From an uncultured Melioribacter sp. (GTDB lineage: Bacteria; Bacteroidota; Ignavibacteria; Ignavibacteriales; Melioribacteraceae): a stretch of DNA of 64,000 nucleotides. Made by a program: the position numbers and the translations under genes. Every line of letters begins with the position of its first letter. Position 1 is the stretch's first letter. Location: the NCBI GenBank assembly GCA_964449775.1, contig CAYVBQ010000010.1, positions 13,654 through 77,653 on the forward strand, in the 5' to 3' direction. The notes beneath the pieces are model-generated. The model was not told where the DNA came from. It made no database searches and was given only the letters and a program-made list of their open reading frames with translations. Positions 17,461 through 27,449 of this stretch are shown piece after piece.

Positions 17461-17991
17461 CTAAAAATTTATTTTTAGAGAAAGCTGATAATTACTTATC
17501 GGATTACTTTTTGAAATATCAAAATCAAATAAATGTGCGTCAACATATGCATCCACAAGATTGAGCAAATATGTTAATCCTATATAGACGGCAACTTGAT
17601 CTCGTTGATCTTTATAAAACTCGCGAATATCCTTGAACCTAGAATTTCCTGCCTGATTATTTAACGTGCTGAGCGCATATTCATCTCTATATTGAATATA
17701 AAGATTATTATTTCTATTCCATTGATAACCCAGATAACCAAGAACTCCCCAGATGACAGGAATTTTCCAATAAGATACATTATAAAACTGACCGAACCCG
17801 GGTAAAACTGCACTTCTTAGAACAGCTCCCCATGGTGATTTCCTCATCTCAAATTTACTTGTGTCTATTCTGACGGAGTTCGAATCAAAAGGTTGTATCT
17901 GTGCTTCTAGGTATTTTGGAGATGAAATTATAATAAAAAGTATCAGACAGCTTTTAGTTATAATTTTTGCCGATGATTTCAAATAGTTCAA
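17461..17991 (-). CDS. DUF5683-like protein downstream of parB
   Basis: It has a signal-like N-terminus and the motif SAVLPGFGQFYN. The position after parAB is typical of the FCB group. The start overlaps the parB end by 38 nt, so the start is uncertain. Confidence 0.6.
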   Translation of the reverse strand: MNYLKSSAKIITKSCLILFIIISSPKYLEAQIQPFDSNSVRIDTSKFEMRKSPWGAVLRSAVLPGFGQFYNVSYWKIPVIWGVLGYLGYQWNRNNNLYIQYRDEYALSTLNNQAGNSRFKDIREFYKDQRDQVAVYIGLTYLLNLVDAYVDAHLFDFDISKSNPISNYQLSLKINF

Positions 17992-18901
17992 ATAATCTTT
18001 CTAGTTCGTCAAGTGAATAAAATTCTATTATTATCTCCCCGGCGCCGTTTTTTTTCTGTTTACACATTACTTTTGTGCCAAATATTCCTTGTAGTTTTCC
18101 TTCTAAATCTCTTTGTGATAAACTATTAATGTTATTGGAAGGAACAATTAATTTTTTCTTCAGATTATTTTTTGCATTGAGATATTTTCTGACAATCTCT
18201 TCAACTTTTCTCACAGATAAATTATTCTTTATGATCTTCTCTAAAATTTCTAACTGTATGATTTCATTTGGGAGATTGATCAAAGATCGTGCGTGACCGG
18301 AAGTAATTTCATTCTTAATCAAGCTCTGCTGAACTTTGTTGGGTAATTTTAACAAACGAATAGTGTTGGTTACCGTTGTCCTATCTTTGCCAACCTTTTC
18401 GGCAATCTCTTCCTGTGATAAATTACATTCATCCATTAATCTTTTGTAAGCGTTCGCAATTTCAATAGCATTAAGTTTTTCTCGCTGAATATTTTCAATA
18501 AGAGATAATGCTAACATCATCTCTTTTGTTTCAACATGAATGATATATGCAGGTATTTCTATTATGCCGATCTCTTTGCATGCCCGTAATCTTCTCTCAC
18601 CCGAAATTAAGTCATATTTATCTTTATGAATTCTCCTAACAGTAATAGGTTGAATCAAACCATTTTCTAAAATTGATTTTTTTAATTCATCAAGTGCTTT
18701 TTGATCAAAATCAACTCTTGGTTGATAAGGATTTGGCGATATTAAATGAACAGATATCTTTGCAAGAACATCATTGGAAACACCGTCGTCTTTGTTAATA
18801 TCTTTGCTAGAAACAGCTACAGGGCTGTCAAGTTTATTTTTCATTTGAGGATTGATTAGTGCGTCTAATCCTCTGCCGAGTCCAGGTTTAATATTACTCA
18901 A
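17954..18901 (-). CDS. parB: chromosome partitioning protein ParB
   Basis: [10 protein letters not shown], the ParB box GERRLRA and an HTH ([23 protein letters not shown]) are present. Confidence 0.94.
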   Translation of the reverse strand: MSNIKPGLGRGLDALINPQMKNKLDSPVAVSSKDINKDDGVSNDVLAKISVHLISPNPYQPRVDFDQKALDELKKSILENGLIQPITVRRIHKDKYDLISGERRLRACKEIGIIEIPAYIIHVETKEMMLALSLIENIQREKLNAIEIANAYKRLMDECNLSQEEIAEKVGKDRTTVTNTIRLLKLPNKVQQSLIKNEITSGHARSLINLPNEIIQLEILEKIIKNNLSVRKVEEIVRKYLNAKNNLKKKLIVPSNNINSLSQRDLEGKLQGIFGTKVMCKQKKNGAGEIIIEFYSLDELERLFELFEIIGKNYN

Positions 18902-19680
18902 TTAATATTCTTCTTTTGTTCAAGATTATTTCTTTGAATTAATTCAGAAGCAAGTGAAATGTAATTTTGCGCTCCAACTGAACTTGCATCGTATAAAATT
19001 ATAGGCTTAGAATGACTCGGTGCTTCAGATAACCTTACATTTCTATGAACGATTGTCTGAAAAACTTTTGTCCCAAAGTATTTTTTTACTTCCTCAACAA
19101 CTTGATTCGAGAGCCGCAAGCGTGAATCATACATTGTCAGCAATACACCTTCAATGGCTAATTGTTCATTCAAGTTTTTCTTAACAATGTTGATCGTATT
19201 TAGCAACTGTCCTAATCCTTCTAGAGCAAAATATTCACATTGAACAGGAATTAAGACTGAATCTGCACTTGTTAAAGCATTAAGCGTTAGTAATCCCAGC
19301 GAAGGAGGACAATCAATAAAAATAAAATCATATCTATCTTCGATTGATAAAAGTGCTCTCTTTAATAAAAATTCACGTTCTTCGATAGAAACCAACTCAA
19401 TCTCGGCTCCTACTAGATCAATTGTAGAAGGAAGAATATCAAGAAAAGGCATATAGGTATTCACAATGCAATCGGATGCATCCTCGGTACCAATCAACGT
19501 TTGATAAACGGATAGCTTATAGTTCTCAACACCAAGTCCTGAAGTGGAATTAGCTTGTGGATCAATATCAATGAGCAATGTTTTAAATTCTGCCGCTGCA
19601 ATTGATGCCGATAGATTAATGGCAGTTGTTGTTTTACCAACACCGCCTTTTTGATTTGCTATTACAATTTTTTTTGCCAT
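18898..19680 (-). CDS. parA: chromosome partitioning ATPase ParA/Soj
   Basis: It carries the deviant Walker A KGGVGKTT and the IDCPPSLG segment. It overlaps parB by 4 nt. Confidence 0.95.
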   Translation of the reverse strand: MAKKIVIANQKGGVGKTTTAINLSASIAAAEFKTLLIDIDPQANSTSGLGVENYKLSVYQTLIGTEDASDCIVNTYMPFLDILPSTIDLVGAEIELVSIEEREFLLKRALLSIEDRYDFIFIDCPPSLGLLTLNALTSADSVLIPVQCEYFALEGLGQLLNTINIVKKNLNEQLAIEGVLLTMYDSRLRLSNQVVEEVKKYFGTKVFQTIVHRNVRLSEAPSHSKPIILYDASSVGAQNYISLASELIQRNNLEQKKNIN

Positions 19681-19715
19681 AAACAGAAGTAGATCTCCAA
19701 TACGATAATAAAGAA

Positions 19716-20393
19716 TTATAATTCAATTTCCTGTCCAAAATCCATGACAATACATTTTTTTCCAATGATCTCAATTTTTTTCTTGAATTCATTTGGATCA
19801 GCAGCAATTACAGAAAAAGTATTGTAGTGCATCGGTATAGCATACTTCGGATTTGCAAGTTCAACAGCTTTGACTGCATCCGTTATTCCCATAGTAAAAT
19901 TATCTCCGATAGGAAGAAGCATATAATCGAGTGCCGTCATTTCTCCAATAAGTTTCATATCGTAGAATAATCCTGTATCGCCGGTATGATAAAGATTTAT
20001 GCCGTCAATTGAAAGAACCACACCGGATGGCGAACCTGCATACTGATTATCAGGAGTCATTGAACCGTGATGCGCAATAGTGAACTTTACACGTCCAAAT
20101 TCAAAATCGTGCCCGCCGCCGATATGCATATTATGAGCTTTGAAACCTTTATCAGCGCAATAGTTTGCTAATTCATTTACGCAAATAAAAGTTGAATCGC
20201 ACCTCTCAGCTATACTAAAAGCATCTCCTATATGATCACCGTGAGCATGTGTCAAAATAATATAGTCTGCATTTACATCGCTCGCTTTTACAGTAGATGT
20301 AGGGTTCCCATCGAGAAAAGGATCAATTAGAATTCTCTTCCCGGACTTTGATGTTAATTGAAATGCGGAATGCGAAAAATATTTTAATTTCAT
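19716..20393 (-). CDS. UPF0173-type metallo-beta-lactamase fold hydrolase
   Basis: It has the THAHGDH motif and is 225 aa long. Confidence 0.85.
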   Translation of the reverse strand: MKLKYFSHSAFQLTSKSGKRILIDPFLDGNPTSTVKASDVNADYIILTHAHGDHIGDAFSIAERCDSTFICVNELANYCADKGFKAHNMHIGGGHDFEFGRVKFTIAHHGSMTPDNQYAGSPSGVVLSIDGINLYHTGDTGLFYDMKLIGEMTALDYMLLPIGDNFTMGITDAVKAVELANPKYAIPMHYNTFSVIAADPNEFKKKIEIIGKKCIVMDFGQEIEL

Positions 20394-20542
20394 TTTTCAC
20401 TCCTCTGGGATTTTATTAAAAAACTATTAACGTCTTTATTGGATCTAAATTTAATCAATTCCATTTTAATATCTCTCCGATGCAATTTGATATTTTGTAT
20501 TTCTATTCAGCCCACGGATAATAAATATTTTTGAGAGCGACA

Positions 20543-21394
20543 TCAAGACTCGATATTTCTATTTGTTTTCCTAATATTCACGAATCTTTTTACTACATCT
20601 GCAATAGAACGAAGATTGGGCTGTTTAGATGCCCGCATGGAGTTTGTTAGATAATTTCTTAAACCTTCTTTAGAAAGACCTGATTTCAGCTGCCCTTTCT
20701 CTGCAATCGATATCCCGCCTGTTTCTTCGGAGACTATCACGCTTATAACATCAGCCTGTTCAGAAATACCAATACCTGCACGATGACGCATCCCTAGGGG
20801 AATTCCGTCTATTGTGATTTCGCTTGAAAGCGGTAATGTACAACGTACTGCTTCAACAATATCATTATTTATTATCACTGCACCATCATGGAAAGCAGAA
20901 CGGGGAAAAAAAATAGAGCGCAATAAATTTTTTGAAATCTTTGCGTTGATTATCTCTCCGGTTTCTGCAACGCTTCGTATTCCCACAGATTTTACAATTA
21001 CCATCAAAGCGCCGTGTTGATTTTGTGCAAGTTCGAAAGCAGCCTCAGAAATAATATCTGCAACTTTAAATTCGTCATTCTTGATGAACATTCTAATAAA
21101 TGGATTTCGACCGATGAGAACCAATATTCTTCTAATTTCCGGTTGGAATAGTATTACAAATGCGATAACCCAAATATCGGAAAGTAATTTTAATAACCAG
21201 CCCAATGCTTTAAAGTTAGCTGCTTGAGTAAGAAATGAAAGGATAAGAACAAAAATTAGACCGTAAAATATTTGTGCAGCAATAGTTGCTCTAATCACAC
21301 TATAAACTTTGTAAAAAATCAAAGTAACTAATAATACATCCACAATATCTAGGAATGAAACCGAGAGAAACCCTATTTTGAAAACCTCAAACAT
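20543..21394 (-). CDS. cdaA: diadenylate cyclase CdaA
   Basis: Three N-terminal TM helices are followed by a DAC domain (GALMVI, DGAVII, RHRAGIGISEQ, VSEETGGIS). Confidence 0.9.
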   Translation of the reverse strand: MFEVFKIGFLSVSFLDIVDVLLVTLIFYKVYSVIRATIAAQIFYGLIFVLILSFLTQAANFKALGWLLKLLSDIWVIAFVILFQPEIRRILVLIGRNPFIRMFIKNDEFKVADIISEAAFELAQNQHGALMVIVKSVGIRSVAETGEIINAKISKNLLRSIFFPRSAFHDGAVIINNDIVEAVRCTLPLSSEITIDGIPLGMRHRAGIGISEQADVISVIVSEETGGISIAEKGQLKSGLSKEGLRNYLTNSMRASKQPNLRSIADVVKRFVNIRKTNRNIES

Positions 21395-22568
21395 TATCTA
21401 CCAATTCCGGATTATCAATAAAGCTATTTATTTTGATTGCTTGTAAAGTATTCTTGACTTCATGAGTACGAATTAATCGAGCTCCGTTCTTAATGGAGAG
21501 TGTCTCAGCAATGATTGTGGAATTTACTCGTTCATCAATTTTCAGATCAAGAGATTTACCTAAAAAAGATTTTTTAGAAACTCCAACCATTATCGGTTGA
21601 CCTATACCTTTAAATTCATTCAAACGTTTTATCAATTCATAATTATCGGTTACTCTTTTTCCAAACCCAATTCCCGGATCAATAATAATTTTCTTTATGC
21701 CTGCTTTTTTAGCAGTTTCAACTTTCATTGTAAGGTAGTCATAAATCTCAGAAACAACATCTTCATAAGAAGGATCTTCTTGCATTGTCTTCGGACTCCC
21801 TTTCATATGCATGAGTACTAAAGTCGCATCGAATTGTTTGGCAACATCGAGCATCTGATCATCGTAACCGAAGGAACTGATATCATTAACAATTTTCACT
21901 CCGCATGATAATGCTTTCTTTGCAACTTCTGATTTGGTAGTATCCATAGAAAGAATAGCATCCGGTTTCTTCTGCAAAATCTCTTCAATAACTGGTATTA
22001 CACGCTTTAATTCTTCTTCATCGGTAATTCGTTCGGAACCCGGTCTGCTTGATTCTCCTCCTATATCTAAAATATCAGCACCATCCTCTAAAAGTTTCAA
22101 ACCATGTTCTACTGCTAATTTTTTATCAATATATTTTCCACCATCTGAAAATGAATCGGGAGTAACATTTAAAATCCCAACAACATATGCACGTTCAAAA
22201 GTAAAATTTCTATGACCGATCTTTAAATACTGATTTTCATATTCAGTTATGTTTTGAACTGTTTGCGAAACTTTAATTCCAATGTCTTCATTACCAATTG
22301 CAATTATCTCCTTGGCTAATTCTGTAAATACTCCATAAGAACCTAAAGCGAGAAGATCGCATGAATGATCTCCTTTTTTTCCTGTGTTGTAGCAAATTTC
22401 TTTATTGGTTAAAATGATTTTTTTGATGTTCTGAGCAAGTTTGAAATCAATTCCCCGAATATCAATTCCAAGAAGATCTTTCTCATACAACTCGCGGTAA
22501 ATATTATATTTTGCGCTATATCTGCGAAAGACATCGGGGTAAAATATATCTACAAGTTGAATTGTCAA
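21387..22568 (-). CDS. folP: dihydropteroate synthase with an N-terminal extension of about 125 aa
   Basis: The pterin-binding core starts at VVGILNVTPDSFSDGG and includes DIGGESSRPG and GVSKKSF. The TTG start at 22568 is uncertain. Confidence 0.88.
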   Translation of the reverse strand: MTIQLVDIFYPDVFRRYSAKYNIYRELYEKDLLGIDIRGIDFKLAQNIKKIILTNKEICYNTGKKGDHSCDLLALGSYGVFTELAKEIIAIGNEDIGIKVSQTVQNITEYENQYLKIGHRNFTFERAYVVGILNVTPDSFSDGGKYIDKKLAVEHGLKLLEDGADILDIGGESSRPGSERITDEEELKRVIPVIEEILQKKPDAILSMDTTKSEVAKKALSCGVKIVNDISSFGYDDQMLDVAKQFDATLVLMHMKGSPKTMQEDPSYEDVVSEIYDYLTMKVETAKKAGIKKIIIDPGIGFGKRVTDNYELIKRLNEFKGIGQPIMVGVSKKSFLGKSLDLKIDERVNSTIIAETLSIKNGARLIRTHEVKNTLQAIKINSFIDNPELVDNV

Positions 22569-22693
22569 TCGTGCCCTCGACTGTGAAAATTTATAAGCTA
22601 TTGATGAGATTACAATAACAAGAAGAATCCCTTTCTAAAAATAAAAAAATAATTGAAACAGATAAGAGAAAAGTATGATAAAATTGTAAATGA

Positions 22694-23356
22694 TTACGAG
22701 ATCAGATTTTTCAACTCGACTGTCGCCGCTGTCACGTTATCCTTACCGTATATTGCGTTGCCTACCACAAAGACGTTGCAGCCCGCATCGGATAAGTCTT
22801 TAATATTATTTAGACCAATACCGCCATCAACTTCGATAAGAAAATTTGCAGAATATTCTTTTCGTAATGCTGCTAATTCCCTAATCTTTTTAATTGAGTT
22901 CGGATTAAATTTTTGCCCGCCAAAACCGGGATTGACCGACATAATTAAAACCAGATCAACCAGGTTCAAGACTTCAGTTAAAGTAGAGATTGGGGTTGAC
23001 GGATTAACTGCTACACCAGCTTTTGCCCCTAACTCATGAATTTTTGTTAAGGTTCTATCGAGATGAATAACCTCTTCTTGATGAACTGTAATACAATTAG
23101 CCCCGGATTGGACGAAGTTTTCGATTAATGCATCCGGATCCTTGATCATTAAGTGCACATCAATCGGCAGTTTAGTTATTCTTCGAACAGCTTGAACAAC
23201 AACCGGTCCGAAAGTTAAATTCGGGACAAACTTTCCATCCATAACATCACAATGGATCCAGTCGGCACCGCCAAGTTCAACTGATCTAATTTGCTGCGAT
23301 AAATTTGAAAAGTCAGCGTTTAGAATTGATGGCGCTATAATTTTTAGTTCATTCAT
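22694..23356 (-). CDS. rpe: ribulose-phosphate 3-epimerase
   Basis: The segments APSILNADF, HCDVMDG, HLM, VNPGFGGQKF and VDGGI are present. Confidence 0.94.
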   Translation of the reverse strand: MNELKIIAPSILNADFSNLSQQIRSVELGGADWIHCDVMDGKFVPNLTFGPVVVQAVRRITKLPIDVHLMIKDPDALIENFVQSGANCITVHQEEVIHLDRTLTKIHELGAKAGVAVNPSTPISTLTEVLNLVDLVLIMSVNPGFGGQKFNPNSIKKIRELAALRKEYSANFLIEVDGGIGLNNIKDLSDAGCNVFVVGNAIYGKDNVTAATVELKNLIS

Positions 23357-24096
23357 TTGATTCCGTTTGCCTTACTCTGTGTTAAAACTACATTTACACT
23401 ATCTCCAATCTTGACAAGTGTATCTTCACTAGGGTCTTGGTCAGCAACTGTGTTTGGTAAGTAGGAAGCAGAATAAATATATATTTTATTGCCTAATCTC
23501 AATGAATTAGATTTCAAAATACTTTCGGCTTCCGATAAAGACTTTAATAAAAGATTTGGCACACGAACCATGCCTACTTTTGGACCAACGCTCACTTTCA
23601 AATTAATCGTAGTCCCTTTAGCTATCTCCCTTCCCTCAAAATATTGTTGTTCAACAATTGTAGCGGATGGGAATTCGGACTCTACTGAATCAATTTTCCC
23701 TAATATCAAACCGAATCTTTCTAAAGTTATAGTTGCATCGCGGATGGTTTTATTTATTAATGAAGGCATTTTAATAATTGGATCTCCGCCGGAAACCGTT
23801 AAATAAATTCTACGATTCTCTTTTACAATAAAACCCGCAATTGGTTTTTGAGATATTACTTGATCTTTCTGATATTTTTGGTCGAAGCGTGAGGTCTGAA
23901 CGATCGGGTTGAAATTTGCATCACGAAGAATTTTAATTGCTTCATCTTTGTTCATGCCCACAACACTAGACACTTTGGATTCTGTTCCGCTTACATAATA
24001 TGGCAATACGACGTAATCCAGAACAAACAGAATTGTAAAAAATATCACAAGGATAATAAGAAGTTTGTTCCAGAATATTTTAGTTGGCATTTTCAT
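23353..24096 (-). CDS. PASTA domain-containing membrane-anchored protein
   Basis: An N-terminal TM helix is followed by three PASTA-like repeats (VVGMNKDEAIKIL.., MPSLINKTIRDATITL.., VPNLLLKSLSEAESIL..). Confidence 0.8.
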   Translation of the reverse strand: MKMPTKIFWNKLLIILVIFFTILFVLDYVVLPYYVSGTESKVSSVVGMNKDEAIKILRDANFNPIVQTSRFDQKYQKDQVISQKPIAGFIVKENRRIYLTVSGGDPIIKMPSLINKTIRDATITLERFGLILGKIDSVESEFPSATIVEQQYFEGREIAKGTTINLKVSVGPKVGMVRVPNLLLKSLSEAESILKSNSLRLGNKIYIYSASYLPNTVADQDPSEDTLVKIGDSVNVVLTQSKANGIK

Positions 24097-24159
24097 GCGT
24101 GAAATATATTAAACTCATTCCTCATCACAAAATTAATCCAGGAGGTTCAGACTGTTTAA

Positions 24160-24345
24160 TTTCTTCGTGTTGAATCCTCCACCGCCCTGCCTGCCGAAGT
24201 AATGCGGCGGACAGGTTGTGTGAAAGTCTTTTTCGAAGCGGCATCATTACTGCATGAATTTAGCAAGAATCCATCAGTGGATGCCCGATAAAAACATTCA
24301 GGCATGAGCTCCGCCTTCGGGTGGAGTGTGGCGAAGAGGTTCATT
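24160..24345. repeat. composite REP-like hairpin cluster
   Basis: Nested inverted repeats are present: CCTCCACC (about 24175) pairs with GGTGGAG (about 24322), GTAATGC with GCATCATTAC, and GGATGCCCGATAAAAACATTCAGGCATGAGC forms its own hairpin. The CCTGCCTGCCG motif is shared with 50666-50676. Confidence 0.65.
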
Positions 24346-24423
24346 GAATTTTGCTTCTAGCTAATATTTTTGATTAATTTATTACAGTAATCAAATTTAA
24401 TAAGAACAACTCGTCGAGAAAGA

Positions 24424-25683
24424 ATGAAAACAGCAGTTTGTATCTTTGAAGATGAAGGAATTCATAATTTTTTTCCGCTGACTTATACACGTCCCGTATA
24501 TGATTTACATTGTGGAATAATGACTCTTCGCGAAAAAATTGTTGCTCGCTTTCCAAACCATAAATTTATTCTACATTCCCGTCGTTATCTTCAAGAATGC
24601 GTTAAAGAACAGAATCCTAAAATTCTAGTAAATCAATTTGATTCTACTAATTTGTTATTTATTAATGGTCGTCTATTGATTGGCAAAGATTCATTGAAGC
24701 AAATTAAGAGCATGGGAAATAATTCCATCTTATTGAGTGACGATGGATCAATAGTAGCCGCAAATCTTTCAAGTGAGTATTTGAACAATCTTTCTAATGC
24801 TGAATCCGACTTTCTCTCCTTTCGCAAATTGAAAAATGTTGTTTTTGTTGAAAGTGAAATAACACTTCTCAAGTATCCTTGGGAACTTGTTAATACGAAT
24901 GGAAACGAGATCGCAAATGATTTTAATCTAACTATAAAGAAGATTCCGAAAATCGAATCAAAAAAATATCCATCAGTTGAATTCAAGAACAGAAAAGAAA
25001 TATATATTGCTAAAGACACAGTTATTGATCCATTCGTATTTCTGGATGCATCAGATGGACCAATTTACATCGGTAAAAATGTTCACATTATGTCTCACAC
25101 ATACATTCAAGGTCCGGCGTACATTGGTAATGATTCGATAATTAAAAAAGGTGGAACAATTTACCACGATACAAGCATAGGAAAATTTTGCAAGGTGGGC
25201 GGTGAAGTTGGATCCTCTATCATCCACTCTTACTCTAATAAACAGCATGAGGGATTTCTGGGACATTCATATCTCGGCAGTTGGATAAATATCGGTGCAG
25301 ATACTAACAACAGCGATCTAAAAAACAATTATGAAAGTATCACTGTCTTGTTAAATGGTAAACCGGTTGATACTGGATCCCAATTTGTCGGATTGATTAT
25401 GGGTGATCATTCAAAAACCGCGATTAACACAATGTTTAACACCGGGACAATTGTCGGTGTCTCATGTAATATTTTCGGCGCAGGATTTCCTCCGCGTTAT
25501 ATACCATCATTTAGCTGGGGCGGTTCTGATTTCCTAAAGCCATACGATATTGGCAAATCATTAGAAGTTGCAAATATCGTTATGAAGCGACGAGATAAAA
25601 ATCTAACTCTTACTGGTGAAATTTTGTTAAGAAAAATTTTTGAAATAACTGCTGGAGAAAGATCAAGAAAGGTAAAATCATAA
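24424..25683 (+). CDS. putative sugar nucleotidyltransferase with C-terminal left-handed beta-helix
   Basis: The N-terminal IFEDEG..FFPLTYTRPVYDL fold is followed by hexapeptide-repeat-like segments (GKNVHIMSHTYIQGPAYIGNDSII.., IGADTNNSDL). Confidence 0.78.
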   Translation: MKTAVCIFEDEGIHNFFPLTYTRPVYDLHCGIMTLREKIVARFPNHKFILHSRRYLQECVKEQNPKILVNQFDSTNLLFINGRLLIGKDSLKQIKSMGNNSILLSDDGSIVAANLSSEYLNNLSNAESDFLSFRKLKNVVFVESEITLLKYPWELVNTNGNEIANDFNLTIKKIPKIESKKYPSVEFKNRKEIYIAKDTVIDPFVFLDASDGPIYIGKNVHIMSHTYIQGPAYIGNDSIIKKGGTIYHDTSIGKFCKVGGEVGSSIIHSYSNKQHEGFLGHSYLGSWINIGADTNNSDLKNNYESITVLLNGKPVDTGSQFVGLIMGDHSKTAINTMFNTGTIVGVSCNIFGAGFPPRYIPSFSWGGSDFLKPYDIGKSLEVANIVMKRRDKNLTLTGEILLRKIFEITAGERSRKVKS

Positions 25684-25723
25684 ATCTCGCTCAAATGATA
25701 ATATACAAAACATCCAAATATGT

Positions 25724-25825
25724 ATGAGGCGTATCTAAAAAGGTCTATTCTGTTATTTGGGATTGTGAAAATAAACCGAATTCGAAATTTTTCTATAATG
25801 AAATTACCTTTTAGAGAAGACTCAT
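25724..25825 (+). repeat. inverted-repeat element copy 1 (ATGAGGCGTATCTAAAAAGGT ... ACCTTTTAGAGAAGACTCAT)
   Basis: The left block of 26 nt is identical to the one in the copy at 41298-41400 (opposite strand), and the right block matches at 20 of 21 nt. The 55-nt interior is diverged. The right end supplies the rqcH ATG. Confidence 0.7.
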
Positions 25826-27434
25826 GTATAAAAATTATTTCTATCTATTCAGATGCATCAACCAGTTAGAACAGATTGTAAATGGAAGACAAATTATTGA
25901 TGCCTATACTCAGGAAAAAGATAAACTCTTTTTACATATTCCATTACCAGGCAAACCGAATTTTCATCTGATCATTTCTACAAATCTGCAGCATCCTTAC
26001 ATCACAATAAAAGATGAGCATTTCAAGGCAAAAAAAAACACGAGTAATTTTTTCAGTGAGTATCTCCCTTCCACCATTGAATCAATTCATATTGCGTTTG
26101 GTGACCGTGTAATCAAGATCATTTTGAGTAATGCTGCATTAACGATATTATTTAAAGGTGGTCATAGCAATATTATCTTGAGCGATTCTCAGAGAGTTTT
26201 GCACACATTCAAAAAAGTATCATTCGAAGAAAAGAATATTTTTCGAGAGGAAATTGATAAGCATAATTTCATTAATTCACCGGGACAGATCTATTCATTG
26301 ATCGTAAACACACACGATGAGGATGCGATCAGAAAAATGCCGTTTATTGGAAAAGAGATTTTCGTGGAAGTAGAATCGCGTGGGAAGGATTTCAATAAAA
26401 ATCTGATTGATGTTCTAAATGAAATCGCGAACGAAAAGATCTTGGTTTATTTTGATGATTATTTAGGCAAACCAAGTTTTCATCCGGTTTCTTTCAAGTC
26501 ACGCTTAATTCCGGAAGAACACTTTACATTCGATAACTACTTTAGTGCGCTTAACAAATATTTCACCCTCTCCTATTCTCAATCAAAAATAAAAAATGTG
26601 AGAAAAGAGATTGAGAAATTTCTTACAAAAGAAATTGAAACACTCTCCAGTAAATTAAATAAATTGAAAGGACGTATTGATGCCGGGTCTAAAGAAGAAA
26701 TTTATCATCAATATGGAGAATATTTATTAGCAAATATCCATGTGATACGTAAAGGAATAAAAGAAATTGAATTGGAAGAGTACACTTCCGGTCAGTTTCA
26801 TAAAATAAAACTTGACGAAAAACTTTCACCGCATCAAAATATTGACCGCTATTTTGATAAATCCAGATCCGAAAAAATTGAGTATCAAAGATCTAAAGAG
26901 CTGCTCAATCTAAACGCAACAGAATATGAACGATTAATAAAGATAAGAGATAAATTTGAACGCATGGAAGATCAAGAATCACTGCTTCAAATAAAAAAAG
27001 AATTGAAGATGAAATCTGAACAATCATTATCAGTTGATACGAAGGAAAAATCCTTATATAGGCATTTCTTACTAGCAGGTAAATACCATATTTATGTGGG
27101 CAAAGACAGTAAGAATAACGATCGGCTCACAACTAAGTTTGCAAAGCAAAATGATTTCTGGTTTCATGCACGTTCTGTTTCCGGTTCGCATGTTGTCCTG
27201 AGAGTTGAGAATACTAAGGAAGTAATTCCTAAAAATATTTTGCAGAAGACGGCTTCATTAGCAGCATTCTATAGCAAGGCAAAAACTTCTAAACTCGTAC
27301 CCGTTACTTACACTCTTAAAAAATATGTTAATAAAAATGCCAGACACGAACCGGGACAAGTAACCGTAACCAAAGAAACAGTCTTACTTGTTAAACCGGA
27401 AATTCCAGCTGGGTGCGAAATGGTTACGGATTGA
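25824..27434 (+). CDS. rqcH: NFACT-family ribosome quality control protein RqcH (FbpA-like)
   Basis: It has an NFACT-N-like N-terminus, a coiled-coil middle and an NFACT-R/DUF814 segment (KYHIYVGKDSKNNDRLT..DFWFHARSVSGSHVVL). Confidence 0.85.
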   Translation: MYKNYFYLFRCINQLEQIVNGRQIIDAYTQEKDKLFLHIPLPGKPNFHLIISTNLQHPYITIKDEHFKAKKNTSNFFSEYLPSTIESIHIAFGDRVIKIILSNAALTILFKGGHSNIILSDSQRVLHTFKKVSFEEKNIFREEIDKHNFINSPGQIYSLIVNTHDEDAIRKMPFIGKEIFVEVESRGKDFNKNLIDVLNEIANEKILVYFDDYLGKPSFHPVSFKSRLIPEEHFTFDNYFSALNKYFTLSYSQSKIKNVRKEIEKFLTKEIETLSSKLNKLKGRIDAGSKEEIYHQYGEYLLANIHVIRKGIKEIELEEYTSGQFHKIKLDEKLSPHQNIDRYFDKSRSEKIEYQRSKELLNLNATEYERLIKIRDKFERMEDQESLLQIKKELKMKSEQSLSVDTKEKSLYRHFLLAGKYHIYVGKDSKNNDRLTTKFAKQNDFWFHARSVSGSHVVLRVENTKEVIPKNILQKTASLAAFYSKAKTSKLVPVTYTLKKYVNKNARHEPGQVTVTKETVLLVKPEIPAGCEMVTD

Positions 27435-27449
27435 TGAATGAAATCTTCA

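Noticed and set aside
22653-23039. 128-aa plus-strand ORF overlapping rpe
   Set aside because: It is antisense to rpe, which has all its catalytic motifs.
24156-24344. 62-aa ORF with a PECFYRAS-like peptide
   Set aside because: It is a translation of a REP-type hairpin cluster. Such repeat-derived peptides recur in many genomes without evidence of expression.
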